DNA of 64,000 bases, from assembly GCF_944324745.1 (NCBI RefSeq), contig NZ_CALUXO010000002.1:7273-71272 (forward strand), read 5' to 3'. The translations under genes and the position numbers were made by a program. Of this stretch, positions 18,100-27,666 are shown in pieces. This DNA comes from an uncultured Thomasclavelia sp. (GTDB lineage: Bacteria; Bacillota_I; Bacilli_A; Erysipelotrichales; Coprobacillaceae). Position 1 is the first letter of the stretch; each line of letters opens with the position of its first letter. The notes beneath the pieces are model-generated. The model did not search any database. It saw only the letters and a program-made list of their open reading frames with translations, and had not been told where the DNA came from.

Positions 18100-18747
18100 T
18101 TAAAAACGAGCAATTTCTTTGATTGACTTTTCTTTGGCCATAACGATCAAAGTTTCTTTACTAGAAAAAACATGATCAGGCTGTGGTAATGGATAAATCA
18201 TCCCATCTTTTTTAGTCGCTAAAATACTAATTTGAAATCTGGTCCGGACTTTCTTTTCAATAATTGTTTTATTTAACCAGCTTTCTGGTGTCTTTATCTC
18301 ATAAATTCCAATATCTGGTGTTAATTCTAAATAATCAAAAACATTTTTAGACCCATATTTAACAGCAATTTTTTCAGCTATTTCTTTTTCGGCATAAACA
18401 ACATAATCAGCTCCATTTCTAAGCAGCAATTTTCGATGAACATCACGATTAGCTCTGGCAATAACATATTTTGCCCCACAATCTTTTAATAGCACTGTTA
18501 TTTCTAAGGCTGTTTGAAAATTGTCACCAATAGCCACAATACAAATATCAAAATTATTGACCCCTAATGATTCAATAAAATCTTCATTAGTCGCATCACC
18601 AATTTGAATATCATTGACAATATTAACCGCATTATCGGCTCTTTCTTCATCTTTTTCGATAGCTAAAACTGCATTTCCTTCTTCAATAAATTTTCGCGAT
18701 AAATGCCGTCCAAAACGACCAAGTCCAATTATTAATACTGATTTCAT
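18100..18747 (-). CDS. ktrA: K+ uptake system peripheral NAD-binding subunit (RCK), KtrA-type
   Basis: IIGLGRFG Rossmann motif and about 215 aa RCK_N+RCK_C size, directly downstream of ktrB. Start moved to ATG 18747 (GAAAGGA upstream). Confidence 0.85.
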   Translation of the reverse strand: MKSVLIIGLGRFGRHLSRKFIEEGNAVLAIEKDEERADNAVNIVNDIQIGDATNEDFIESLGVNNFDICIVAIGDNFQTALEITVLLKDCGAKYVIARANRDVHRKLLLRNGADYVVYAEKEIAEKIAVKYGSKNVFDYLELTPDIGIYEIKTPESWLNKTIIEKKVRTRFQISILATKKDGMIYPLPQPDHVFSSKETLIVMAKEKSIKEIARF

Positions 18748-18771
18748 AATTCTTAATCCTTTCAATTATTA

Positions 18772-20106
18772 TTAACCAATTTGAATTTTTTCGGCTGCTG
18801 CTTTTGATGGAACCGGACGATTACTTGCAAATGCTAATAAAAATGTAATCGAACCAACTCGCCCAATTATCATCAACAACGCTAATAAGCATTGTGATAC
18901 AACACTTAAACTAGTAGTTATTCCTACAGTTAGACCAACTGTTGCCATTGCTGATACCGTCTCAAATAAAGATGCAACAAAAGGAACCTGATCAATATGA
19001 CAAATAACCAAAGCAACCGATACTGTTAAAATCAAATAAATCATTAAAACAATACTGGCAGTTTTAATAATTTCATCACTAATTCGCCGATGATATACTT
19101 CTACAGCTTTCCGCTGTTTAAATAAATTGACAATGTTGACAATTAAAACAGCAGCTGTCGTTGTTTTGATCCCACCGGCAGTAGAACCAGAAGAACCACC
19201 GACAAACATCAAAATAATTAAGATCACCTGGGTTGTCTCACGAATTTTTGATAAATCAACGCTATTAAATCCAGCTGTTCTGGCGGTCACTGATTGAAAC
19301 ATCGATTCTAAAATCGTCGCATTACCTTGTTCAAAAATATAAACTAAAAATGTTCCGCCAAAGATTAAAATCAAAGTAACTGTCAAAACTAATTTAGTAT
19401 GTAGCCGCATTTTTCTAAAACTAAAACGCGAATCGATCATATCTTTCCAAACTAAAAAACCTAAACCACCAATAACGATTAGTGACATGATAATTAAATT
19501 AACATACCAGTTATCCTGGTAAGATACTAAAGAGTTAAATGGTTCAATTGTTCCCATTAAATCAAAACCAGCATTACAAAATGCCGAAATACTATGGAAA
19601 ATGGCAAACCAGATTCCTTTAGCCAAACCAAATTGACGGCAAAATACTAACGCTAATAAAAATGCCCCAATTCCTTCAATAATCAAAGTTTTTACAACGA
19701 TAAACTTTGTTATCTTAACAATTCCGCCAACCTGTGGGGAAGAGATGGAATTTTGCATAATTGAACGTGTTAAAAAACCAATCTTCTTTTTAGCCAAAGT
19801 TAGGATATAAATACATAATGTCATAAATCCGATTCCACCAATTTGAATCAAGGAAATAATAACCAATTGTCCAAACCAGGTCCAGTTAGTATAAGTATCC
19901 GCTCGAATCAATCCAGTAACACAAGTTGCTGATGTGGCGGTAAAAAAAGAAGTCATCACAGAAATTTCTTGACCTTCTTTTACTGAAATTGGCAAAGTTA
20001 GTAAAATTGTTCCTAGTAATATAATTAAACAAAAACCTAAAAATATTACTTTAGTCGGCGAATATTCATGCAGCAGTTTTTCGGTAATTTTTTCTTTGAT
20101 AAGCAA
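18772..20106 (-). CDS. ktrB: K+ uptake system membrane subunit (TrkH/KtrB family)
   Basis: 444 aa polytopic protein with repeated pore-loop-like segments (TATCVTG, NAGFD, RTAGFN, STAGG). TTG start as in the track, AGAAGG 9 nt upstream. Confidence 0.85.
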   Translation of the reverse strand: MLIKEKITEKLLHEYSPTKVIFLGFCLIILLGTILLTLPISVKEGQEISVMTSFFTATSATCVTGLIRADTYTNWTWFGQLVIISLIQIGGIGFMTLCIYILTLAKKKIGFLTRSIMQNSISSPQVGGIVKITKFIVVKTLIIEGIGAFLLALVFCRQFGLAKGIWFAIFHSISAFCNAGFDLMGTIEPFNSLVSYQDNWYVNLIIMSLIVIGGLGFLVWKDMIDSRFSFRKMRLHTKLVLTVTLILIFGGTFLVYIFEQGNATILESMFQSVTARTAGFNSVDLSKIRETTQVILIILMFVGGSSGSTAGGIKTTTAAVLIVNIVNLFKQRKAVEVYHRRISDEIIKTASIVLMIYLILTVSVALVICHIDQVPFVASLFETVSAMATVGLTVGITTSLSVVSQCLLALLMIIGRVGSITFLLAFASNRPVPSKAAAEKIQIG

Positions 20107-20149
20107 CCACCTCGACCTTCTATCTTTATGAATTCACTATACTAAATTA

Positions 20150-20204
20150 AGTATAAATATAAAATAAAGATTTTTGCAAGGATATTAAGATTGTATAAAG
20201 ATTG
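20150..20204 (-). promoter_or_regulatory. Candidate ktr-kdpDE promoter with upstream tandem direct repeats
   Basis: Minus-sense TTGCAA (20179..20174), an 18 nt spacer, then TATACT (20155..20150). Just upstream, CAATCTTTA-TA-CAATCTTAA (plus-strand TAAGATTG at 20186..20193 and TAAAGATTG at 20196..20204) has AAGATT cores 11 bp apart. A third AAGATT lies at 20167..20172. Confidence 0.35.
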
Positions 20205-20301
20205 ACTTTTTCTTAATGAAATTTTAATTGGTTTATTCAATAACTTACGTTATTTTAATACTTATTTTGATATTCTATAAATAGAAATAGAGGTGGTAGT
20301 A

Positions 20302-20382
20302 ATGGAAAATTTAGAATTATTACTTTTATTGATGGTTATTATTGGTGGCGGTTATTATCTAATTAAATATTCTAAAATATAA
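20302..20382 (+). CDS. Unannotated 26-aa hydrophobic peptide (MENLELLLLLMVIIGGGYYLIKYSKI)
   Basis: Below the ORF-track size cutoff. GAGGTGG lies 7 nt upstream of the ATG. It has one TM-like segment with a basic tail. TAA is followed immediately by a terminator hairpin. Confidence 0.55.
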   Translation: MENLELLLLLMVIIGGGYYLIKYSKI

Positions 20383-20410
20383 AAAGAAACTGAATTTCAG
20401 TTTCTTTTTT
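20381..20410. terminator. Bidirectional rho-independent terminator (small ORF / trpA)
   Basis: AAAAA-GAAACTG-AATTT-CAGTTTC-TTTTTT. Confidence 0.7.
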
Positions 20411-21177
20411 TACAATTCTTTAGTTAATGTACGAACATAATTATATAATGTTTCATGGCTTTGATCCTGGTGTTCTTTAATAATATTTACAATAGCACTA
20501 CCAACGATAATTCCATCAACTATATCTTTAAAATATTTAACTTGTTCAGGATTATTGATTCCAAAACCAATAGCAACTGGTGTATCGGTAACTGATTTAA
20601 TTGTTTCTACAATTCCTTTAACATCCGTTTCAATAGAATTACGCATTCCAGTTACTCCCATTGAAGAAACTAGATAGATAAAGCCCTGGGCCTGACTGGC
20701 AATCTTAGTAATTCTTTCTTGACTGGTTGGGGCGATCATTGATATAAACGTAACTCCATATCGATAACAAACATCAGTTACCTCCTTGCTTTCTTCAAAA
20801 GGACAATCAGGAATAATTATGCCATCAATCCCACATTCTTGACACTTTTGAAAAAATCGATCATAACCATAATGGAAAACAGGATTTAAATATGTCATTA
20901 AGCAAATTGGTATTTGTGAACTTTGACGAACAGCACTGACTATTTCAAATACCTGATCAGTTGTCATCCCATTTTTAATAGCTCGAATATTAGCATCTTG
21001 AATCACTGGCCCTTCTGCAATTGGATCACTAAATGGTATTCCAATTTCAATCAATGAAGCTCCAGCTTTTTCTAATTCTAAAATATAAGCAATCGTACTT
21101 TCTTTATTAGGATCACCGGCAGTTAAAAAAGGAATAAATGCCGTTTTATTTTTAAACGCTTCTTGGATTCTATTCAT
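20410..21177 (-). CDS. trpA: Tryptophan synthase alpha chain
   Basis: Last gene of the trp operon, with TrpA-like [10 protein letters not shown] and GFGI motifs. Start ATG 21177 overlaps the trpB stop (ATGAATAG). Confidence 0.92.
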   Translation of the reverse strand: MNRIQEAFKNKTAFIPFLTAGDPNKESTIAYILELEKAGASLIEIGIPFSDPIAEGPVIQDANIRAIKNGMTTDQVFEIVSAVRQSSQIPICLMTYLNPVFHYGYDRFFQKCQECGIDGIIIPDCPFEESKEVTDVCYRYGVTFISMIAPTSQERITKIASQAQGFIYLVSSMGVTGMRNSIETDVKGIVETIKSVTDTPVAIGFGINNPEQVKYFKDIVDGIIVGSAIVNIIKEHQDQSHETLYNYVRTLTKEL

Positions 21178-22354
21178 GAAGATCAACCCCCCGATATCTG
21201 GCAATCGCTGCAACATCTTTGTCGCCACGACCTGATAAACAAATAATTACAACATCATCTTTACTCATCTGTGGTACAATTTTACGAGCATGTGCAATTG
21301 CATGAGCACTTTCAATTGCACAAATTATTCCTTCCGTTCGAGCTAAATATTCAAAAGCGTCAACGGCTTCATCATCAGTCACTGGTACATATTGAGCACG
21401 ACCAATATCATGTAAATAGGCATGCTCCGGACCGATTCCTGGATAATCTAATCCCGCTGAAACCGAATAAACTGGTGCAATTTGTCCATATTCATCTTGG
21501 CAAAAATAAGACTTCATTCCATGGAAAACTCCTAGAGAACCAGTAGCGATCGTCGCAGCATTCAAGGCAGTATCCACTCCTTTACCAGCAGCTTCACAAC
21601 CAATTAATGCAACTTCTGGATCATCAATGAAATGATAGAACATTCCCATTGCATTACTGCCACCACCAACACAGGCCATTACAGCCGTAGGCAATTTTCC
21701 TTCATACTCTAAAATCTGTTTGCGAGCTTCTTTAGAAATAACACTCTGAAAATCTCTGACGATCATTGGAAATGGATGGGGTCCCATAACTGACCCTAAC
21801 ACATAATGAGTATCGTCAATTCTTTTAGTCCATTCACGCATCGTTTCATTGACTGCGTCTTTTAAAGTCATGGTTCCTGTTGTAACACTATGAACCTTGG
21901 CTCCTAAAAGTTCCATTCGATACACATTCAAAGCCTGACGATCAGTATCTTCTTTTCCCATAAAAATTTCACACTCTAACCCCAGTAACGCGGCGGCTGT
22001 AGCAGTAGCTACACCATGTTGCCCGGCACCAGTTTCCGCAATAACTCGTGTTTTACCCATCTTTTTAGCCATTAAAACCTGACCTAAAACATTATTGATT
22101 TTATGGGAACCCGTATGATTTAAATCTTCACGTTTTAAATATACTTTTGCGCCATTTAAATCTTCAGTCATTTTTTTAGCATAATATAATAATGATGGCC
22201 TTCCGGCATATTCATTTAATAACTTTTGTAATTCCTGATTAAACTCCGGATCATTTTTATAAAACTCGTAAGCTTGTTCAACTTTATGAATTTCACTCAT
22301 TAATGTTTCGGGAATATACTGTCCCCCATGTATTCCATATCTACCTGTTTCCAT
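21170..22354 (-). CDS. trpB: Tryptophan synthase beta chain
   Basis: [14 protein letters not shown]-lysine motif and GGGSNAMG; 394 aa. Confidence 0.95.
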   Translation of the reverse strand: METGRYGIHGGQYIPETLMSEIHKVEQAYEFYKNDPEFNQELQKLLNEYAGRPSLLYYAKKMTEDLNGAKVYLKREDLNHTGSHKINNVLGQVLMAKKMGKTRVIAETGAGQHGVATATAAALLGLECEIFMGKEDTDRQALNVYRMELLGAKVHSVTTGTMTLKDAVNETMREWTKRIDDTHYVLGSVMGPHPFPMIVRDFQSVISKEARKQILEYEGKLPTAVMACVGGGSNAMGMFYHFIDDPEVALIGCEAAGKGVDTALNAATIATGSLGVFHGMKSYFCQDEYGQIAPVYSVSAGLDYPGIGPEHAYLHDIGRAQYVPVTDDEAVDAFEYLARTEGIICAIESAHAIAHARKIVPQMSKDDVVIICLSGRGDKDVAAIARYRGVDLHE

Positions 22355-22937
22355 TTTTGACTCTCCTTACTACCTGTTCTATTTTATTTCGATCTTTACA
22401 GCCATCGGTTTCTACACCGCTGCTAAGATCGAGTCCATATGCTTTTATTTTTAAGGCTTGATCAAGATTATTTAAATTTAAGCCGCCGGCCAAGAAAAAT
22501 GGCTTATCAATTTCTTTTATCAACGACCAGTTAAATGTCTGACCACTGCCACTAACAACATTATCTAAAAGATAATAATCTACGGGATAGTTAAGCTTTT
22601 TTAAGTCAATATTATTACTCATTTTAATTGCTTTGATGATTGGAAGTTGGATTCTTTTCTTTAGTTGTCGAATATAAGCAACATCTTCATTTCCATGAAG
22701 CTGAACCAGATCAATGATTTTATCATCAGCTAATTTTTCAATAATATCTAAATTACTATCAACAAAGACACCAACAGCTAAAATGTTAGGATCTAACTGC
22801 TGTTTTAATTGCTTCGCCAGCTGATAAGTAACCTGTCGTTTACTTTTGGCAAAGACAAAACCAATATAATCTGGCTGGTATGCATTAACATAATCTATGT
22901 CTTGATTTCGAAACAGACCACAGATTTTAATTTTCAT
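22341..22937 (-). CDS. trpF: Phosphoribosylanthranilate isomerase
   Basis: MKIKICGL N-terminus and about 198 aa, positioned between trpC and trpB. Start ATG 22937 overlaps the end of trpC. Confidence 0.88.
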   Translation of the reverse strand: MKIKICGLFRNQDIDYVNAYQPDYIGFVFAKSKRQVTYQLAKQLKQQLDPNILAVGVFVDSNLDIIEKLADDKIIDLVQLHGNEDVAYIRQLKKRIQLPIIKAIKMSNNIDLKKLNYPVDYYLLDNVVSGSGQTFNWSLIKEIDKPFFLAGGLNLNNLDQALKIKAYGLDLSSGVETDGCKDRNKIEQVVRRVKNGNR

Positions 22938-23724
22938 TAGGTTCACGTAGACCTTGAAGGATTTCAAAGGTCTTCCGTTTATCATGAGAACGCATCAACG
23001 TTTCTCCAATCAAAACGGCATTAACGTTATTTTCTTCAAGTGCCCGGATATCATCATAAGTTTTAATACCACTTTCAGATACAAAAACAACATCTTCAGG
23101 CACCATGCTTCTAAGTTCAATACTATTTTTGAGATCTACTTCAAAATTTCTTAAATCACGATTATTAACCCCAATTATTTTAGCCCCAACTCGTAAGGCC
23201 TTTTTGACCTGCATAGAACTATGAGCCTCAACTAAACCACTCATTCCTAGACGTTCAGCTAGATTTAAACAACGCATCAATGTAATTTCATCTAAAACAC
23301 TACAAATCAATAAGACCGCATCAGCGCCTAATAATTTAGCTTCATAAATCATATATTCATCAACAACAAAATCTTTTCGTAAAACCGGAATCTTAACAAC
23401 TTTTTTAATTTCCGCTAAAAAGTCATCATCCCCCTGAAAGAAATCCGGTTCAGTTACCACTGAAATAGCAGCTGCTCCGATATCTTCATATTCTTTAGCA
23501 ATTGTTTTATAATCAAAGTTTTGAGTAATAACTCCTTTAGAAGGCGAAGCACGCTTAACTTCCATAATATAAGATAATCCTGGTTTTCTTAGCGCCTTTT
23601 CAAAAGGATATTCTTTACTAATTGGCTTATCAAAAGCTAATTTAGCTAGCTTTTCAATTGAATTTCTTTTTTTGTTTTCTGCAACTCTCTCTAATGTTCT
23701 TTCAACAATGTCATCAATAATCAT
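22927..23724 (-). CDS. trpC: Indole-3-glycerol phosphate synthase
   Basis: IMEVKRASPSKG and VNNRDL motifs; 265 aa. Confidence 0.92.
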   Translation of the reverse strand: MIIDDIVERTLERVAENKKRNSIEKLAKLAFDKPISKEYPFEKALRKPGLSYIMEVKRASPSKGVITQNFDYKTIAKEYEDIGAAAISVVTEPDFFQGDDDFLAEIKKVVKIPVLRKDFVVDEYMIYEAKLLGADAVLLICSVLDEITLMRCLNLAERLGMSGLVEAHSSMQVKKALRVGAKIIGVNNRDLRNFEVDLKNSIELRSMVPEDVVFVSESGIKTYDDIRALEENNVNAVLIGETLMRSHDKRKTFEILQGLREPNEN

Positions 23725-23738
23725 TTTCTAAACTCCTT

Positions 23739-24746
23739 CTACGCATTAGTTTCCTTAATGAACTCCTCCAGTTTAGATAAAGCTTTTCCAGAATCAATCA
23801 AATCAGCTGCCAATTCAATACCTTCTTGCATCGTCTTAGCTTTGCCACCAATATAAATAGCTGCACCGGCATTCAATAATACAGCATCTCTTTTTGGTCC
23901 TTTAACACCATTTAAAATATCACGAGTGATCTTGGCATTATAATCAGGACTACCTCCAACTAAATCAGCCTTGTTACACCGTTTAAAACCAAATTGTTCT
24001 GGAGTAATCGTGTAGCTGGTATAGCTGCCATCTTTGACCTCACAGACACTAGTTGGTGCTGATAAAGAAATTTCATCTAAACAGTCTTGTCCATAGACTA
24101 CCATTGCTCTTTTTACTCCCAAATTTGATAAAACCTCAGCTAGTGGTTTTACCAGAGTTTCTTCATATACCCCCATCACCTGCATGCTGGCACCAGCAGG
24201 ATTAGTCAAAGGACCCAGAATATTAAAGACTGTCCTAATTCCCAACTCTCTTCTAACTGGAGCGACATATTTCATCGCAATATGATAATTTTGAGCAAAT
24301 AAGAAACAGATGTTAATCTTGTTTAATATTTTAGCACTTTTTTGAGGAGATACATCAATTTTTACACCTAAAGCTTCTAAAACATCAGCAGCTCCACATT
24401 TAGAACTAGCTGCCCGATTACCATGTTTAGCTACTTTTACACCACTGGCAGCAATAATTATTGATGATGTCGTCGAAATATTAAATGAATTAGCTCCATC
24501 ACCACCAGTACCAACAATCTCCAATACTTCTTCATCATTTAATAATTTAATACAATGTTCCCGCATTCCAGCAGCACTACCCGTTATTTCATCAATAGTT
24601 TCTCCTTTAATACTTAAAGCGGTTAAATAACTGCTCATTTGAACATCACTGGCTTTTCCATCCATGATTTCATTCATACATGTTTTAGCTTCTTCTGCCG
24701 TTAAATCAATTTTCTTTGATAATTTCAATATCGCCTCTTTAATCAT
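23739..24746 (-). CDS. trpD: Anthranilate phosphoribosyltransferase
   Basis: [14 protein letters not shown] and KHGNRAASS motifs; 335 aa. Confidence 0.94.
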   Translation of the reverse strand: MIKEAILKLSKKIDLTAEEAKTCMNEIMDGKASDVQMSSYLTALSIKGETIDEITGSAAGMREHCIKLLNDEEVLEIVGTGGDGANSFNISTTSSIIIAASGVKVAKHGNRAASSKCGAADVLEALGVKIDVSPQKSAKILNKINICFLFAQNYHIAMKYVAPVRRELGIRTVFNILGPLTNPAGASMQVMGVYEETLVKPLAEVLSNLGVKRAMVVYGQDCLDEISLSAPTSVCEVKDGSYTSYTITPEQFGFKRCNKADLVGGSPDYNAKITRDILNGVKGPKRDAVLLNAGAAIYIGGKAKTMQEGIELAADLIDSGKALSKLEEFIKETNA

Positions 24747-25317
24747 TTCTCGCTACCTCCAAAAAATTCTCTATTATCTGTTTTCCTTCTGGCGTTAATA
24801 TCGATTCTGGGTGAAATTGTAATCCATAAACTGGATAATCTTTATGTTTAATTGCCATCACTTCTTGATCATCACTAATTGCTATTACTTTTAGCTTGGG
24901 TGCTAAACTTTCTTTAGCAACTGCCAATGAATGATATCTAGCTACCTGTAATGGTTTAGTCACATGGTTAAATATTGAATCATCTTCAGTAAAAACCAGC
25001 GAACTTTTGCCATGCATCAGCTTTTTAGCATAAGTAATCTGACTGCCAAAGGCTTCGCAAATAGCCTGATGTCCTAAACAAACACCCAAAATTGGTTTTT
25101 TTTGATAAAAATACTTAATAATTTCTTCAATATTTCCCGCTTCACCAGGTTTTCCAGGTCCCGGTGAAATAACAATTATTTCAGGATCTAGTGTTTCTAT
25201 TTCCTTTATAGTCATTTCATCATTTCGAATCACTTTAATATCAGGATCAATTGAACCAATTAATTGATACAAGTTATAAGCAAAACTATCATAATTATCA
25301 ATTAATAAAATCATCAT
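24739..25317 (-). CDS. trpG: Anthranilate synthase component II (glutamine amidotransferase)
   Basis: GVCLGHQ catalytic Cys and FHPES motifs. The ATG overlaps the trpE TGA (ATGA), with GGAGGG upstream. Confidence 0.92.
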   Translation of the reverse strand: MMILLIDNYDSFAYNLYQLIGSIDPDIKVIRNDEMTIKEIETLDPEIIVISPGPGKPGEAGNIEEIIKYFYQKKPILGVCLGHQAICEAFGSQITYAKKLMHGKSSLVFTEDDSIFNHVTKPLQVARYHSLAVAKESLAPKLKVIAISDDQEVMAIKHKDYPVYGLQFHPESILTPEGKQIIENFLEVARND

Positions 25318-26774
25318 TCGATCCCTCCATCTGCTTCTTTGATCGCATTTATTACAACTCGAGCTTTATTCAAACACTCCTGATACTCATTTTCAGCAAT
25401 ACTGTCATAAACAATTCCAGCACCGGAACAAGCATAAACCTGATCATCTTTTTTATACGCGATCCTAATCGCAATACAAGTATCTAAATTACCTGTAAAA
25501 TCAATATATCCTATCGCCCCACCATAAATTCCCCGGCGACTTTGTTCTAATTCATCAATAATTTGACTAGCTTTGATTTTAGGAGCGCCTGATAAAGTTC
25601 CCGCTGGAAGTAAAGCATCAATAGCATCAATTGCATCTTTGTCATCTTTAATAATTCCCGTTACTGTAGAACCTAGGTGCATCACATGTGAAAACTTCAA
25701 TACTTCTAAATATTTTTCTACTTTAACGCTATTAAATTTAGCAATTCTACCAATATCATTTCGACCTAGATCCACTAACATATTATGTTCTGCCAATTCT
25801 TTTTCATCAGCTAACAATTCCTCCATTAACATCTGATCCATATTTTCATCCTGACCCCGTGGTCGCGTTCCCGCTAAAGGATAAGTATATAAATTGTGAT
25901 CTTCTAATTTAATCAAAGTTTCCGGCGAGGCACCGGCAATTTCTTGACTTTGACTAGAAAAGTAAAACATATATGGCGAAGGGTTCGTCGTTCTTAAAAT
26001 TCGATAAGTATCAAATAAACTGCCTTGAGCTTTAGCCGCTAAACGATTGGCTAAAACTACTTGAAAAATATCCCCTTCTTTAATATGATCTTTTGCTTTT
26101 TCTACCATTGCACAATATTCTTTTTGGCTAAACAATGACTGAAAATCACTTTTTAATTCTAATACTGGTATTTTAGCTTTAGTACCCTTTTTTAGGATTT
26201 TTTCTAACCGTTCGATCCGTTTGGTTGCTTCAACATAACTCTCTTGTAAATCAGTCGTACTCGCATTAACAATCAAAATTATTTTTTGTCGATAGTTATC
26301 AAAACAAATGACTTGATCAAATAACATTAAATCAACATCATTAAAATCCTGATTATCTTCATGTAACTTTAATGTCGGTTCATTATATTTAAAATAATCA
26401 TAAGCAAAATATCCAACTAAACCCCCAGTAAATGAGGGCAGTCCAGTAAGTTTAGGACTTCGATACTTCTGCAACAATTTTTTAATATAGGTTCCAGGAT
26501 AATCAACTTTAAAGATTTGATCATCAACTTTCATCATATTATTTAAACAAGTAATTTCACTTGTTGGTTCAAAACCCATAAATGTATAGCGGCTCCATCG
26601 TTTAGTATCATCCACACTTTCTAACATGTAACAGTGATTACTGTAGTTTTTCAAAATTCGCATAACTTCAATTGGTGTAAATTGATCACCATAGATTTCT
26701 TTACTTACTGGTATTAAATCATAATTACCATTTTTTACTATCTCTTGAGCTTGTTCTAGTGTTGGATAATACAT
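25314..26774 (-). CDS. trpE: Anthranilate synthase component I
   Basis: LAGTRPRG, GGAIGY and chorismate-binding C-terminal motifs. Start moved to ATG 26774 (MYYPTLEQ), preceded by AAGGAGGA. The track's N-terminal extension would run through the T-box terminator. Confidence 0.93.
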   Translation of the reverse strand: MYYPTLEQAQEIVKNGNYDLIPVSKEIYGDQFTPIEVMRILKNYSNHCYMLESVDDTKRWSRYTFMGFEPTSEITCLNNMMKVDDQIFKVDYPGTYIKKLLQKYRSPKLTGLPSFTGGLVGYFAYDYFKYNEPTLKLHEDNQDFNDVDLMLFDQVICFDNYRQKIILIVNASTTDLQESYVEATKRIERLEKILKKGTKAKIPVLELKSDFQSLFSQKEYCAMVEKAKDHIKEGDIFQVVLANRLAAKAQGSLFDTYRILRTTNPSPYMFYFSSQSQEIAGASPETLIKLEDHNLYTYPLAGTRPRGQDENMDQMLMEELLADEKELAEHNMLVDLGRNDIGRIAKFNSVKVEKYLEVLKFSHVMHLGSTVTGIIKDDKDAIDAIDALLPAGTLSGAPKIKASQIIDELEQSRRGIYGGAIGYIDFTGNLDTCIAIRIAYKKDDQVYACSGAGIVYDSIAENEYQECLNKARVVINAIKEADGGIE

Positions 26775-26795
26775 TTTTAATTTCCTCCTTAATAA

Positions 26796-27070
26796 ACAAA
26801 AAACCGTCCCGACAGAAAATAATTCTGTCAAGGACGGATAAAATACACTTATTCCGCGGTGCCACCTTGCTTCACGATACACTCGTGCTCTTACTAGATG
26901 CTATCACATCTATGACTACTTACGTAAGTCTCACGTCAAAGAATACTCAGCTAATGCTTTTCACTTTGCCCTCCGTGGTCCATTTAATAGGCTGCGTTCT
27001 ACCTGCTTCCACCATCCAGGCTCTCTGTAAGTGCACGATCTATTTTTATCTCCACTTCATCGGTTTGCTT
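26796..27070 (-). promoter_or_regulatory. T-box leader, tRNA-Trp specific, with intrinsic terminator
   Basis: Minus-sense AGAGAG box, then the specifier-loop context UUAAAUGGAC with UGG at 26982..26980 followed by A. T-box sequence GCAAGGTGGCACCGCGG (plus 26853..26870). Terminator CCGTCCTTGACAGAA-TTATT-TTCTGTCGGGACGG (26804..26837) followed by TTTTTTG. Confidence 0.85.
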
Positions 27071-27076
27071 GTTAAT

Positions 27077-27105
27077 ATCATATACTGATATATTTTTAGT
27101 GTCAA
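27077..27105 (-). promoter_or_regulatory. Sigma-A-type promoter of the trp operon
   Basis: Minus-sense TTGACA (27105..27100), a 17 nt spacer, then TATGAT (27082..27077). Confidence 0.55.
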
Positions 27106-27289
27106 TAAATTTTTAAATTTTTGATAAATGTTTTTAATCAAAAACATTTTTTATCACATATATAAAATTCAAAAAACAACGATAAATTCAACAAAAATTT
27201 TTTAAAAAATTTATGAAAGCCCTTTCATTTTTTGAACAATTGTGCTATTATAATGGTGAGGAAAGGATTAGACGAAAGGAGTTGAAAAT

Positions 27290-27541
27290 ATGAACGAGAT
27301 GTATGTTATTTCAGTATTATTACTTTATACATTAATAGTTTTAATTGATGTACTACTTAGATCATATCAGCTACTTGGAATTGGTCTAGCAGATGATGAT
27401 GAAAGTATTTTAAAAGCCAACCCAATTTTCGTCAACTACATTTCTAGTAAGATCGCTCCATTTAATCTTAGAATCAATATGAAAAAAGATTATCGGCTAA
27501 ATATGAAACGTAGACCCCCAATTATATCAGTGGCTCACTGA
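27290..27541 (+). CDS. Small hypothetical membrane protein
   Basis: AAAGGAG lies 8 nt upstream of the ATG. It has an N-terminal TM segment (VISVLLLYTLIVLIDVLL) and a basic C-terminus. A hairpin lies downstream at 27637..27664. Confidence 0.45.
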   Translation: MNEMYVISVLLLYTLIVLIDVLLRSYQLLGIGLADDDESILKANPIFVNYISSKIAPFNLRINMKKDYRLNMKRRPPIISVAH

Positions 27542-27636
27542 GGTTGAGTCAAAACGGATCTAGATTAATTATTTAAATAAGTACTTTAAATTTAGTAATT
27601 GTGTAGTTTTAAAAATTTCTAATATAAAATGACAAT

Positions 27637-27664
27637 AAACCATGTAGCATTAGTTACATGGTTT
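27637..27664. terminator. Hairpin terminator between convergent genes
   Basis: AAACCATGTA-(8 nt)-TACATGGTTT followed by TATTATTT. Confidence 0.5.
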
Positions 27665-27666
27665 TA

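Noticed and set aside
20107-20301. c-di-AMP (ydaO/kimA-type) riboswitch upstream of ktrB
   Set aside because: The region is short and almost purely AT. It lacks the conserved G/C-rich helices and ACGGGGA-like cores of that riboswitch class.
20302-20382. Calling the 26-aa peptide KdpF
   Set aside because: It lacks the C-terminal YAL..PE.F-type motif I associate with KdpF. No kdpABC genes are nearby. Only the concept of an accessory peptide is retained.
26775-26882. N-terminal extension of trpE in the track (start at 26882)
   Set aside because: It would be translated through the T-box terminator. The internal ATG 26774 has a perfect AAGGAGGA SD and gives a normal TrpE N-terminus. Extensions of the same kind were rejected for the response regulator (16160..16249), trpA, trpF, ktrA, capD-like, nusG-like, rluA-like and others.
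26759-27088. Track ORF (+), 109 aa
   Set aside because: It lies opposite the T-box leader and the trpE start. Its open frame is a by-product of the structured, more GC-rich leader.
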